In this document: positions 19,878 through 29,847 of the stretch, piece by piece
How the letters are laid out: the number at the start of each line of letters is the position of its first letter
How positions within the stretch are numbered: the stretch's first letter is position 1
Assembly: GCA_015056485.1 (NCBI GenBank)
Contig: SVGD01000002.1
Coordinates: 71,662 to 135,661, forward strand
Direction of reading: 5' to 3'
DNA from: Clostridiales bacterium
GTDB taxonomy: Bacteria; Bacillota; Clostridia; TANB77; CAG-508
DNA: 64,000 nt
Notes under the pieces: model-generated
The model's input: only the letters and a program-made list of their open reading frames with translations
The model's database searches: none
Told to the model about the DNA's origin: nothing
Made by a program: the position numbers and the translations under genes

Positions 19878-21044
19878 TTATCCATATATTTTATTAATTA
19901 TTATTTTTGCAATTTTTTCAGCAGCTTTACCACTTTCACAAGTACCATAAAATTCATCCAATTTTTCAGACGCTTCTTTAAAATTAACATTATTAAAATT
20001 CTTTATTATTTCAATTAATTCATTCATTGATTTAGCAATAATAAAAGGGCTTTTATCAAGGTCGAAATAGAATGTTCTATCATATTTTAAATATTCGTCC
20101 CTATCTGATTGATAAAGAATCATAGGTCTTCTTGTCAACTGAAAGTCTGTTGCTGATGAAGAATAATCTGTAATTAACAAATCTGTAATATATAATAGAT
20201 CACTCATATCTTCATAATTTGTCACATCGATAATTTGATCACTAGTTTCAATTCCTGTTAAACCCGCAACTGCTGCATGTGCTCTTATAAGAGCTATCCA
20301 TTTATAGCCAGTAGTTTGCTCTAATGTTTGTAAAACCTTTTCTATTTTTAAATCTCCAACATTTTGATTTGTATGACTATTTGAATTTTTTCTTCTTAAA
20401 GTAGGTGCAAATAATAAGATTTTATATTCATTTTTTATTGACAGTTTTTCCTTTATTTTTTTAATTTCTTTTTCTGTTATGTTTAGAAGTTTGTCATTTC
20501 GTGGACTCCCCTCACATAAGATATCTCCATAATAATGAAAAGCTGTTTTATAAAGTTCTTCTCCAAATTTTGAACCTGCAATAGCCAAATCGCAGCTCTT
20601 TTCCTCAAGCATCTCTTGAGTTAGTACATGTTCAGAATCATATAGTATCCTCTTTATTGCTCTATCACCATGCCAAGTTTGTATATAAAATTGTTTTTTT
20701 GATTTGTAAATCCATTTTTCTTTACAAAAATTATCAACCCATACCTTTGCAGATGTTAATTCTTTTAAAATATTTTTCCTGTTTTTCTTCACTATTTTTA
20801 CATAATTAGGTACTTCTTTTCTTTTAAATTTTGCATCATTAAATAACCATACTAGTTCAATTTTATCATCTAATAAATGCAATGCCTCTGAAATTGCTTT
20901 TGGATTATCTGAATAAGATTTTCCATTAAAACTAGTAAATACTACTTTATTTTGTAATTTTTTATCATCATATATAAATTTCATATATTTTTTTAATACT
21001 ATATAATATAATTTTCTTATTTTCTTTTTAATTTGTTTTAACAT
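19878..21044 (-). CDS. CDP-glycerol/ribitol-phosphate glycerophosphotransferase (TagB/TagF family)
   Basis: 388 aa with FNGKSYSDNPKAI and C-terminal TagF-type motifs. Confidence 0.75.
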   Translation of the reverse strand: MLKQIKKKIRKLYYIVLKKYMKFIYDDKKLQNKVVFTSFNGKSYSDNPKAISEALHLLDDKIELVWLFNDAKFKRKEVPNYVKIVKKNRKNILKELTSAKVWVDNFCKEKWIYKSKKQFYIQTWHGDRAIKRILYDSEHVLTQEMLEEKSCDLAIAGSKFGEELYKTAFHYYGDILCEGSPRNDKLLNITEKEIKKIKEKLSIKNEYKILLFAPTLRRKNSNSHTNQNVGDLKIEKVLQTLEQTTGYKWIALIRAHAAVAGLTGIETSDQIIDVTNYEDMSDLLYITDLLITDYSSSATDFQLTRRPMILYQSDRDEYLKYDRTFYFDLDKSPFIIAKSMNELIEIIKNFNNVNFKEASEKLDEFYGTCESGKAAEKIAKIIINKIYG

Positions 21045-21046
21045 CC

Positions 21047-22540
21047 TTATGCTCCTCCTTTAAACTTTTTACCAAGCACTTTAATTATTTGATTTTTATA
21101 TGGAATTAATATTGATATCATATAAACTAGTATAATAATAATTTTGTAGATAAAATTGTATATATTAAATTCATAAGCATATTTTGTATAGGAGAAGAAT
21201 AAGCCCACTACTATAAAACATATTATAACTATTATTCTAAAAATAAACTCTTTTATTTTTAAGCCTACATCATCAAACCTTTTGCTAATTACTACAATTA
21301 TTAATACTCTTAAAATCATTGATATAGCATCTGCCAAAATTGAACCATATGCCCCCCATATTGGTATTATAAAATATGATAAAAGTATATTTAGTAAACT
21401 ACTTGATAATGTTGCAATAAACAAGTATCTAGAAGCCTTCTTATAATAAAATAAAATTCCAACATAAAAATAATACATTGTTTTTATAGTATAAACTCCT
21501 ACCACAAAAGGTACCATTTTCCATGCATTTGCATATGAATCATTTAAAAATAAGATTATATAATCTTGTGCAAATAAAGAAATCCCTAAAAAAAACAATC
21601 CTAAAACCGCACTAATTACATTAGCAGCTTTTCTAATATCATTTTTATATCCATCATCTTTAGATTTCAACCTTTCAAATAACCAAGGAGTATATGCACT
21701 ACTAGAATAGTTTTGTATAGTATCTGCTATATTACCAAATTGTGATGCTATTGAATACAATCCAACATCACTTAAAGAAGTAGTCCCATTAATGAATATT
21801 TTTGAAATAAAAACTGCCAATTGTGTAGAAATATTATGTGGAATTATAGGTATAGAATATTTTAAAGCAGATTTTAATAAATGAAAATCTACACAAAATG
21901 TAATCATATTATATTTTATCATATCGATAATAAAATATAAAAAATAAGTTATATTTGCAATCATACCTGCAAGAATAACACCTAATGCTCCCATTTTAAA
22001 TGTTACAACAAAAAGTATATTTAAAATCAACGACACAAAAAAATATATAATACTAATAATCGCATGTTTTTTTGCTTTTTGTTGGCTTTTTAATACATTT
22101 TCATATATTGAATGTTGGCAATAAAATACTAATGAACCTAAACAAACTAAAATAATAGGATAAAAATTAATTCCTTTAAATATAATATCTGTTAAAATAT
22201 TTTTTAATAGTGTTAATAATATTGCTGATATTATACTACTTATTAAGGTAAATATAATTACAGTACCATAAAATCTTTTTAATTTTTCTGTGTCATTTTT
22301 TAAATCCACATAAAATCTCATTACAGCAGAATATAAAGAAAATGCTACAATAAAAGAAGCTGTTGTTATAAAACTATTTATCAAACTTGTAATTCCATAA
22401 TCTTCTGTTGTTAAATATGCTGTATATAGTGGTAATAAAAAAAAATTAAAACATTTTAGTAGTAAACCACATATTGCATAAATTATTGAATTATTAAATA
22501 TTGTACTTATTTTAGAACTTTCTTTCATCTTATTCTCCAT
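21047..22540 (-). CDS. wzx: Wzx-type polysaccharide flippase (MOP superfamily)
   Basis: 497 aa, about 14 predicted TM helices, position in Wzy-dependent locus. Confidence 0.75.
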   Translation of the reverse strand: MENKMKESSKISTIFNNSIIYAICGLLLKCFNFFLLPLYTAYLTTEDYGITSLINSFITTASFIVAFSLYSAVMRFYVDLKNDTEKLKRFYGTVIIFTLISSIISAILLTLLKNILTDIIFKGINFYPIILVCLGSLVFYCQHSIYENVLKSQQKAKKHAIISIIYFFVSLILNILFVVTFKMGALGVILAGMIANITYFLYFIIDMIKYNMITFCVDFHLLKSALKYSIPIIPHNISTQLAVFISKIFINGTTSLSDVGLYSIASQFGNIADTIQNYSSSAYTPWLFERLKSKDDGYKNDIRKAANVISAVLGLFFLGISLFAQDYIILFLNDSYANAWKMVPFVVGVYTIKTMYYFYVGILFYYKKASRYLFIATLSSSLLNILLSYFIIPIWGAYGSILADAISMILRVLIIVVISKRFDDVGLKIKEFIFRIIVIICFIVVGLFFSYTKYAYEFNIYNFIYKIIIILVYMISILIPYKNQIIKVLGKKFKGGA

Positions 22541-22557
22541 ATATTTATTTAACTAAA

Positions 22558-23481
22558 TTATTTTTCTTTTTTATTTTTTGGTAATTCTAACATATCTCCT
22601 AAAATTTTATCATATTTTTCTGGCTTGAATGGAATATATCCCGAACATGGATAAAATGTTAATTCTCCAAAATAGATTTTTCCTTCTATTTCATAAAAGT
22701 CTACTCTCACAAACGGTATGTCTTTACTTAATACTTTTGCTAACTCTTTCATTTCTTCAAAATTTTCAGGTTTTTTCGGTAACTTATCAAAGGGTTTATA
22801 ATCTTTTCTGTAAAATTCAGTCATTTTATAATCCATATCTGCAAAACTTATCTTTGCTGTATTGTGGTCTGATAATCCTTCTGATACGTATAATAATTTG
22901 GGATTTCCATTGAAACAAAAGAATTTATAATCTATTAATTCCGGTTGTTCTTCTGTAGCCATGTATTTTTCTATTATTATTCTTGGTTTAACATTCTTAT
23001 ACGGCCACTCTCTTCCGGAATAATAAAATTTATTTTTTAGACATTTATTTATTAGTCTTTCACTTGATTTTATATCTAAGCTATTCTTATCTTTACATAT
23101 AATTAATCCACCCGAATCATGAGTACATTTTATTACAAATTGTTTAGGTAACTTTTCCCAATCTATCTCATTAAAACTATTATATACGTTTAATGTTGGT
23201 ATTATATACTCTTTTCCTATAGTCTTTTCAATATAGTCTTTTACTTCATACTTATCTACCATTTTAATATATTTTGGATTTCTATCATATAGCTTTAACC
23301 ATTGTAGTTTTTCATTGAAAGTATTTGGATTTTCTAAATCTAATTTAGAATTCATTTCTAATTTATATAGTAATCTTAAATATTTTTTGTCTCCTAACAA
23401 ATAAAAACCTCGATTATTTAAGAAAATAATAAACCACAATGGATTTTTTATTACTTTTTTTATTTTATCTTTTAATTTCAT
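22558..23481 (-). CDS. TupA-like ATP-grasp family protein
   Basis: 307 aa, FNEKLQWLKLYDRNP...KCTHDSGG...FYPCSGYIPF matches ATPgrasp_TupA family. Confidence 0.65.
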   Translation of the reverse strand: MKLKDKIKKVIKNPLWFIIFLNNRGFYLLGDKKYLRLLYKLEMNSKLDLENPNTFNEKLQWLKLYDRNPKYIKMVDKYEVKDYIEKTIGKEYIIPTLNVYNSFNEIDWEKLPKQFVIKCTHDSGGLIICKDKNSLDIKSSERLINKCLKNKFYYSGREWPYKNVKPRIIIEKYMATEEQPELIDYKFFCFNGNPKLLYVSEGLSDHNTAKISFADMDYKMTEFYRKDYKPFDKLPKKPENFEEMKELAKVLSKDIPFVRVDFYEIEGKIYFGELTFYPCSGYIPFKPEKYDKILGDMLELPKNKKEK

Positions 23482-24691
23482 TTTTCTTTTTCTCCTTTTT
23501 AATAGTTCCTACAAATACTATTCCCAATAAGAAATACATAAAAGTTTTAATCTCATAATATGAGACGTTTCCTATATCTAAAAACAAATTTATTATAAAA
23601 ATTATCATTATTATATCTGAATTCTTGGTATTTTTATTTTTTATACAATTATATATTACATAGTAATATATATAGTAAAACAAAGTAAAACCAATTATCC
23701 CCATACATGCAAGAAGCTCAACATAATTACAATGCAAATATGTTTCTTCTTCAAATAATTCATAAGTTATTATTCTAGAGTTATTTAAACCTATTCCAAA
23801 TAAAGGTGACCTTAAAAATGCTTCAAGTCCACTTTTTATAAACATTTTTCTAACATAAGTAGAACCGCTATTTATCTCTTCATTTAACAAAGTATTTATC
23901 ATTGTTTCAAATCTACCAAATATTGTATTTAAATATCCTCTATTATAAAAAAAGCTGATACTAATTATTATTACAGCTAAAAACATAAATATTGTAATAA
24001 TATTTCGTAGTGTAAATTTTTCTTTGAACTTTTTTAATAATAATATTATTAATCCTAAAACAATAACTATTATTACTTTTTTGCTTCCCGTTCCCAATGA
24101 TACTATTAATGGAATTATAGAAAATAATATTATACCAATCTTATTTTGAGTATTTTTTAATAACAAATCATATATTAAGAGTATAAAAGTAATGGAAGAA
24201 ATTACGCCAATAAAATTAACATTTATAATTTCTGTACCTATTCTTCTCCCTGATAATAACATATTAAAATAATGCATAATCCCATAATATAAAATAACAT
24301 AAATAGAAAAAATTACACCTACTAATTTTATTATTTTTATAATAACATCAGTTGGATTTTCTATCTTCATAAAAAAATTATATGATAGTGTTAAAAATAC
24401 AAATCCCATAAATAACGCTATTGCTTTTGAAATAACTGCTGAATCATCTTTTGCCCAAAGTAAAGATATAAAACCAAAGGCTACTAAAAAAATAAAAGAT
24501 AATAGAGCACTATTAAACATAATCTTTTTATTACTAAAAATTTTCACTACTTCAATTATACAGAATATTCCAAAAATGCATATTGCTATTGTTCTTAATG
24601 ATGTTTGATTTGCACTAATATACCACAAAAATAAAAAGCAAGTGAATAAAATTAATTGAATTTTGTTTAAATAATTTTTCTCTCGTAACAT
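23465..24691 (-). CDS. wzy: Wzy-type O-antigen/capsule polymerase
   Basis: 408 aa polytopic membrane protein with large loop; overlaps TupA-like gene. Confidence 0.65.
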   Translation of the reverse strand: MLREKNYLNKIQLILFTCFLFLWYISANQTSLRTIAICIFGIFCIIEVVKIFSNKKIMFNSALLSFIFLVAFGFISLLWAKDDSAVISKAIALFMGFVFLTLSYNFFMKIENPTDVIIKIIKLVGVIFSIYVILYYGIMHYFNMLLSGRRIGTEIINVNFIGVISSITFILLIYDLLLKNTQNKIGIILFSIIPLIVSLGTGSKKVIIVIVLGLIILLLKKFKEKFTLRNIITIFMFLAVIIISISFFYNRGYLNTIFGRFETMINTLLNEEINSGSTYVRKMFIKSGLEAFLRSPLFGIGLNNSRIITYELFEEETYLHCNYVELLACMGIIGFTLFYYIYYYVIYNCIKNKNTKNSDIIMIIFIINLFLDIGNVSYYEIKTFMYFLLGIVFVGTIKKEKKKNEIKR

Positions 24692-24694
24692 TTC

Positions 24695-25813
24695 CTATCC
24701 TTTCAATTTTTCTTTATAAGTTTCTATATTTTTTCTTATTATGTTATCCCAATTATAATTTTCCTTTGCGAAATCTATTTCTCTGTTAGAAATATTTTGA
24801 AACTCATTTTTATTTTCATATGCATTTATGATTGTGTCTGCAATTTCTCTCTTGTCCAGATTGCAAAAGAAACCTAATTTATTATTTTTTACATCATCTA
24901 ACATATTAGTTCCTGGTGTAACTAATACAGGTATACCATAACTAATTGCTTCAATAACACTTGTTGGATGTCCTTCTAATCTTGATGTATGAATAAAAAC
25001 ATCACTATCTAGTAATTCTTTTTCCTTATCTTTTCCATATATTTCACCATTTATCTCCACTAAATCTTCTATTTTATATTTGCATATTAAAGATTGCATT
25101 TTTTGAATTCCATTATCACTATCTTTACCCCATAAAATAAATTTAAATTTATTTTGTATAAAAAATTCTTTTTTGTAAGCAATTGCTTTTAATAAAATAT
25201 CTAACCCTTTATGATACACATTATATCTACCAATATATAAAACCTTAAAGCAATCTCTTTGATGAGTTTTATAAGTTATCTCCGGCGTTTTAAATCCATT
25301 ACCAACTATAACCTTATTTTTTATTTTAAAATTTTTCTCACTTTCTAAACATTCATTTTTGGTTAAAAAATGAATAAATAAAGCGTCTTCTATAAATCTA
25401 TTAAACCAAAGCGTATTTCCTATGATTTTTTTTAGACCAGATTTTTTTTGAGCAGCCTTTGTCATAGAGCATCTAGGTATAATAGTATAAGGTATCTTCA
25501 TGCTTTTTAGCTCTTTAGCTATTTTTATAAAATCAATTATATATAAACTTTGAAAAACTACCAAATCAGGTTTATTAAATGGTTGAGGAAGATTTTTTAT
25601 ACTAAAATCAGAATAATCTGAAAGTTTAAAATAATTATCATACTCTTTTAAACTTTCTGGATTAGTATTTCCACAATCTAAACAAGCTGATTGAGAATAA
25701 TTATTAAGTGTTTTTACAAATATAGGAATATTTGTATATAATCCCGAACTTTTATTGTTATCTAATTTTGCAACAGTTAAAATTACCATTTCCTTACTCC
25801 TTATATAATACAA
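24695..25813 (-). CDS. glycosyltransferase family 4 (GT-B)
   Basis: 372 aa; EGHPTSVIEAISYGIPVLVT E-x7-E motif. Confidence 0.8.
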   Translation of the reverse strand: MYYIRSKEMVILTVAKLDNNKSSGLYTNIPIFVKTLNNYSQSACLDCGNTNPESLKEYDNYFKLSDYSDFSIKNLPQPFNKPDLVVFQSLYIIDFIKIAKELKSMKIPYTIIPRCSMTKAAQKKSGLKKIIGNTLWFNRFIEDALFIHFLTKNECLESEKNFKIKNKVIVGNGFKTPEITYKTHQRDCFKVLYIGRYNVYHKGLDILLKAIAYKKEFFIQNKFKFILWGKDSDNGIQKMQSLICKYKIEDLVEINGEIYGKDKEKELLDSDVFIHTSRLEGHPTSVIEAISYGIPVLVTPGTNMLDDVKNNKLGFFCNLDKREIADTIINAYENKNEFQNISNREIDFAKENYNWDNIIRKNIETYKEKLKG

Positions 25814-25827
25814 ATTTTATCTGTTAT

Positions 25828-26991
25828 CTATCTTGTACTTTCTGCCTTTTCCCAAAAAGGCTTAGCTTTTCCTGTTAATATATTTTTTACCCCTATAAGT
25901 TGAGCAGCTATTGTAATGCAATAATAATAAGCCATGTTTAATATCTTATTATTTAGTTTTATTTTTGTTTTAATTATTGCCATTAAATATATTACGGATT
26001 GTAATATTAATGCTATCACAAAAAAACAACTTTGCTTTACTAAAATTATACTAGAAATATATGCCAATATATGCATTAACCATAATAGATATCTACATGT
26101 TCTATGTCCTAAATAAAAGAAAGTAAACCACTTGTATTTAAATATATTTAATATTCTAATACTAGGCAATATAGAAGATAATATAATTCTATTCATTCTT
26201 ACTTTTCTTTTAAATTCATCCTGAATATTTTCTCCAGCTTTTTCATATGCTATAGCATCATGATTAGCAATAGCTCTTTTTTGTTTTAAAGCATAATATA
26301 ATGGCATTGCACTATCATGACATTTTATAGATTCAAAATCATAATATTCCTTTGTTCTACAAGCATATAACGCTCCATTACCAGCTGTTATTGTTTGAAA
26401 TTTTGATTCAATATCTCTTATTTTTGTATCTAAATCCCAATATATGTTTTCTGATTTACTTGTATCACTATTTTCTGAATTTATATAACATAGCCTTCCT
26501 GTTACATATGATATTGTATCATCATAGAAAGAAGCAACCATCTCTGATATTGCATTTTTTTTCAACAATGAATTAGCATCTGTCATAACTAAAATTTCAC
26601 TTTTAACTAATTTAGCCGCTTCATTTTGTGCATTTGTTTTTCCTTTTCTTTCTTTAACTTCATATAAAACAATTTTTCTATCTTTATTTTTCTCAATAAA
26701 TTCTTTTACAATAATATTTGTTGAATCTGTGCTATTATCAGACGATACAAGTATTTCTATTTTTTCTTTAGGATAATCTATCTTTAATAAATTTTCTAGT
26801 TTTTCTTCTATAACCTTTTCTTCATTATGAGCTACAACCATAATTGTAACTTTAGGTTCATAATCTAATTTTTTAGGCAATTTTTTCTTTTTTATTATTT
26901 TATCAAGCAATATAATTGAGATTGGATAACCTATATTAGCCCAAAAAATAACAAAAACACTTATCCAAAAAATCACTTTTATAACAATCAT
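25828..26991 (-). CDS. glycosyltransferase family 2 (membrane-anchored)
   Basis: 387 aa; TIMVVAHNEE, DNSTDST, TDANS D-x-D region, C-terminal TM helices. Confidence 0.8.
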   Translation of the reverse strand: MIVIKVIFWISVFVIFWANIGYPISIILLDKIIKKKKLPKKLDYEPKVTIMVVAHNEEKVIEEKLENLLKIDYPKEKIEILVSSDNSTDSTNIIVKEFIEKNKDRKIVLYEVKERKGKTNAQNEAAKLVKSEILVMTDANSLLKKNAISEMVASFYDDTISYVTGRLCYINSENSDTSKSENIYWDLDTKIRDIESKFQTITAGNGALYACRTKEYYDFESIKCHDSAMPLYYALKQKRAIANHDAIAYEKAGENIQDEFKRKVRMNRIILSSILPSIRILNIFKYKWFTFFYLGHRTCRYLLWLMHILAYISSIILVKQSCFFVIALILQSVIYLMAIIKTKIKLNNKILNMAYYYCITIAAQLIGVKNILTGKAKPFWEKAESTR

Positions 26992-27621
26992 TTAATTTTT
27001 CCTTTCTCTTGCAGGAACTCCTACATATATTCCTTCTTTTTCTATATTTTTCACTACAACTGCTCCTGCTCCGATAATACAATTTTCACATATTGTAATA
27101 TTGTTTTTTACAGTTGCTCCTATTCCTATATGAGTACATTTTCCCACTTTTACTGTACCTCCTAATGCTGCTTTTGGTGATATATGTACAAAATCATCTA
27201 TATTGTTATCATGTTCTACTATAGCTCCTGTATTTATAATGCTGTGTTTTCCTATTTTAGTTGAAGAATTTATAACACTATTTGCCATTATAGCTGTACC
27301 TTCACCTATCTCTACATCTAAGCCAATTTGTACAGTTGGATGTATTGCAGTATAAAATTTTATATTTGGCGTACTTGCTAATTCTTTTCTTTTTTTATTA
27401 TCTCCTAAAGCAATTATAAATTCTATAGTATCATTTAATATTGAAATTGAAAATCTATTGTTAAAATCTCCTATTACTTTGTAATCTTTTATTACAATAG
27501 TATCTTTTGGTAAATTATCATCTAAAAAGCCTATTATTTGGTCATTAGATTTTTCTATTATATCTGCAATTACTTTAGCGTGTCCTCCTGCGCCTATTAT
27601 AACAACTTGTTTATTGGACAT
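26992..27621 (-). CDS. sugar N-acetyltransferase, PglD/NeuD hexapeptide family
   Basis: 209 aa, [18 protein letters not shown]-terminal Rossmann-like + left-handed beta-helix repeats. Confidence 0.75.
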   Translation of the reverse strand: MSNKQVVIIGAGGHAKVIADIIEKSNDQIIGFLDDNLPKDTIVIKDYKVIGDFNNRFSISILNDTIEFIIALGDNKKRKELASTPNIKFYTAIHPTVQIGLDVEIGEGTAIMANSVINSSTKIGKHSIINTGAIVEHDNNIDDFVHISPKAALGGTVKVGKCTHIGIGATVKNNITICENCIIGAGAVVVKNIEKEGIYVGVPARERKN

Positions 27622-28244
27622 TTATTTTCTCCTTATTTCCTTCAAATTTTTGCATTGTCTCTGTACCTTCTCCGAGATATTCCTTCTCTTTTAAATACTT
27701 TTGCTACAGTCTTTAATATTATTTTTATGTCATTTATAAAACTTATATTATTTATGTATTCTATATCTTCCTTAAATTTTGCTTCCCAAGTAATAGAATT
27801 TCTACCACTTATTTGGGCTAATCCTGTTAATCCAGGTCTTACATCATGTCTATGCTTTTGTTCTTCATTATATAATTCTAAGTATTCTACTAATAGCGGT
27901 CTTGGTCCAACTATTGACATATCGCCTTTTATAATATTTATTAATTCTGGCAATTCATCTAGAGATGTGCTTCTTAAAAGCTTTCCAAACTTAGTTAGTC
28001 TTTGTTCATCTGGCAATAAATTTCCTTTTTCATCTTTTTTATCTGTCATTGTTCTAAATTTATATAATGTAAATATCTTTTCATCTTTTCCAGGTCTTTT
28101 TTGTTTAAATATTATTGGACTTCCCAATTTTATTCTTACTAACAATGCAGTAATCAATAATACCGGTGACAATACTATTATAGCTATTAAACTTATTGTG
28201 AAATCTAATATTCTTTTTATGTATTTTGAGTACATTTTTCTCAT
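27611..28244 (-). CDS. undecaprenyl-phosphate sugar phosphotransferase (small PglC/WbaP-C type); +1 junction at CGG (C at 27674)
   Basis: [27 protein letters not shown]...; zero frame ends ...[16 protein letters not shown], skipping C gives ...[26 protein letters not shown], which aligns with the Campylobacter PglC C-terminal tail (...[20 protein letters not shown]). Confidence 0.75.
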
Positions 28245-28267
28245 CCTTTCAAGTTTCCCTTATCCGC

Positions 28268-29393
28268 TTATTCAAAACACTTTTTTATTATACTTATTAC
28301 TCTTTCTTGTTCTTCTTCTGTCATTTTAGTATCTGATGGAAGACATAACCCTCTTTCAAATAATTCTTCTGAAATTGCTTTTTCTTGTATTTTTATAAAA
28401 TCATATTTTTCAAATACCGGTTGTTTATGCATTGGTTTCCATACTGGTCTTGATTCTATATTTTCATTTTCTAATGCTTCTAATATATCTAATGGATTAA
28501 CTCCTGATTTTTCATCTATTTGTATTACAGAAAGCCAATAATTGGGTTCAGAATTTTCTAAATATGGATTCATTGTTATATATGAATTATCTTCAAATGC
28601 TTCTTTGTATTTTTCATATATAGCTCTTTTTTTAGCAATTCTTTCATTTAATACTTTTAATTGACCTCTACCTATTCCTGCACAAATATTGCTCATTCTA
28701 TAGTTGTATCCTATTTCTTTGTGTTCATAATGTTTTGCTTTTTCTCTACTTTGAGTTGCCCAAAATCTAACTTTTGCTATTTTTTCTTTATTATTAGAAA
28801 CTAGCATTCCACCACCACTTGTTGTAATTATTTTGTTTCCATTAAATGAAAAAACGCCAAATTCTCCAAATGTTCCTGTTTGTTTATTATTAACTGTTGC
28901 TCCTAAACTTTCTGCCGCATCTTCCACTAAAGGTGTGTTATGTTTTTTACAAATTTCTCTTATTTCTTCTATTTTAGCAGGTACTCCGTATAAGTGTACT
29001 AATATTACAGCCTTTGGATTTGGATATTTCTCAAAAGCTTTTTCTAGACTTAAAGGATCCATGTTCCATGTTTCTTTTTCACTGTCTATAAATACTGGTG
29101 TAGCATTTTGATATATTATAGGGTTTGCTGTTGCAGAAAATGTTAATGATGAACAAAACACTATATCTCCTTGTTTTACATCTAATGCTTTAAATGCCAT
29201 ATGTATTGCTGCTGTTCCAGCAGAAAGTGCAGCTGCACAATCTATATTCACATAGCTTGCAAGTTCTTTTTCAAATTCATCTACATTTTTTCCGAAGCGG
29301 TGCCACCCAATTTGTATCAAATGCTTCTTTTACATATTCTTGTTCAAATCCTTCATCTGACATATGTGGTGATGCCAAAAGTATTTTTTTCAT
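28268..29393 (-). CDS. DegT/PglE-type PLP-dependent sugar aminotransferase; +1 junction at CGG (C at 29294)
   Basis: ATG 29393 MKKILLASPHMSDEGFEQEYVKEAFDTNWVAPL then CGG; skipping C continues GKNVDEFEKELASYV... (track ORF 28268..29320); matches PglE N-terminus SPHM...NW.APLG.NV..FE. Confidence 0.8.
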
Positions 29394-29407
29394 TATTATC
29401 CTTCTTT

Positions 29408-29833
29408 CTATTTTTTTATAAATAAAGATATTATTAGTATTGCTGTTAATGCTCCTGCTGAGTCAATTAATACATCCCATATGCTTGCAGTTCTTCCTGG
29501 TATAAATTTTTGATGAAACTCATCTGTAGCCGCATATATTGTAATAATTAATTGACTATATATTATTTTTTGTATTAACGGTATGTTATATTGGTTTAAC
29601 AGCATAATTGCCAATACTCCTCCTATTGCAAATATAGTAAAATGAGCTAATTTACGTATTGGTAATTGTAATTTTTGTATTTTTTCTTCTGAAACATCTT
29701 TTGTAAATATTTTCAATACTGCTTCTATTACTTTTCCGCTTGTATTACCAGATGTTTCTCCTTTTTGATTTGAAAAACAATATACTGTTATCATCCAAAT
29801 TATTAATAAAATTATTAGTATTATTTTTTGCAT
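29408..29833 (-). CDS. VanZ-like family membrane protein
   Basis: 141 aa; RKLAHFTIFA...DEFHQKFIPGRTASIWDVLIDSAG VanZ motifs. Confidence 0.8.
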   Translation of the reverse strand: MQKIILIILLIIWMITVYCFSNQKGETSGNTSGKVIEAVLKIFTKDVSEEKIQKLQLPIRKLAHFTIFAIGGVLAIMLLNQYNIPLIQKIIYSQLIITIYAATDEFHQKFIPGRTASIWDVLIDSAGALTAILIISLFIKK

Positions 29834-29847
29834 TTTTCCTTTACCTT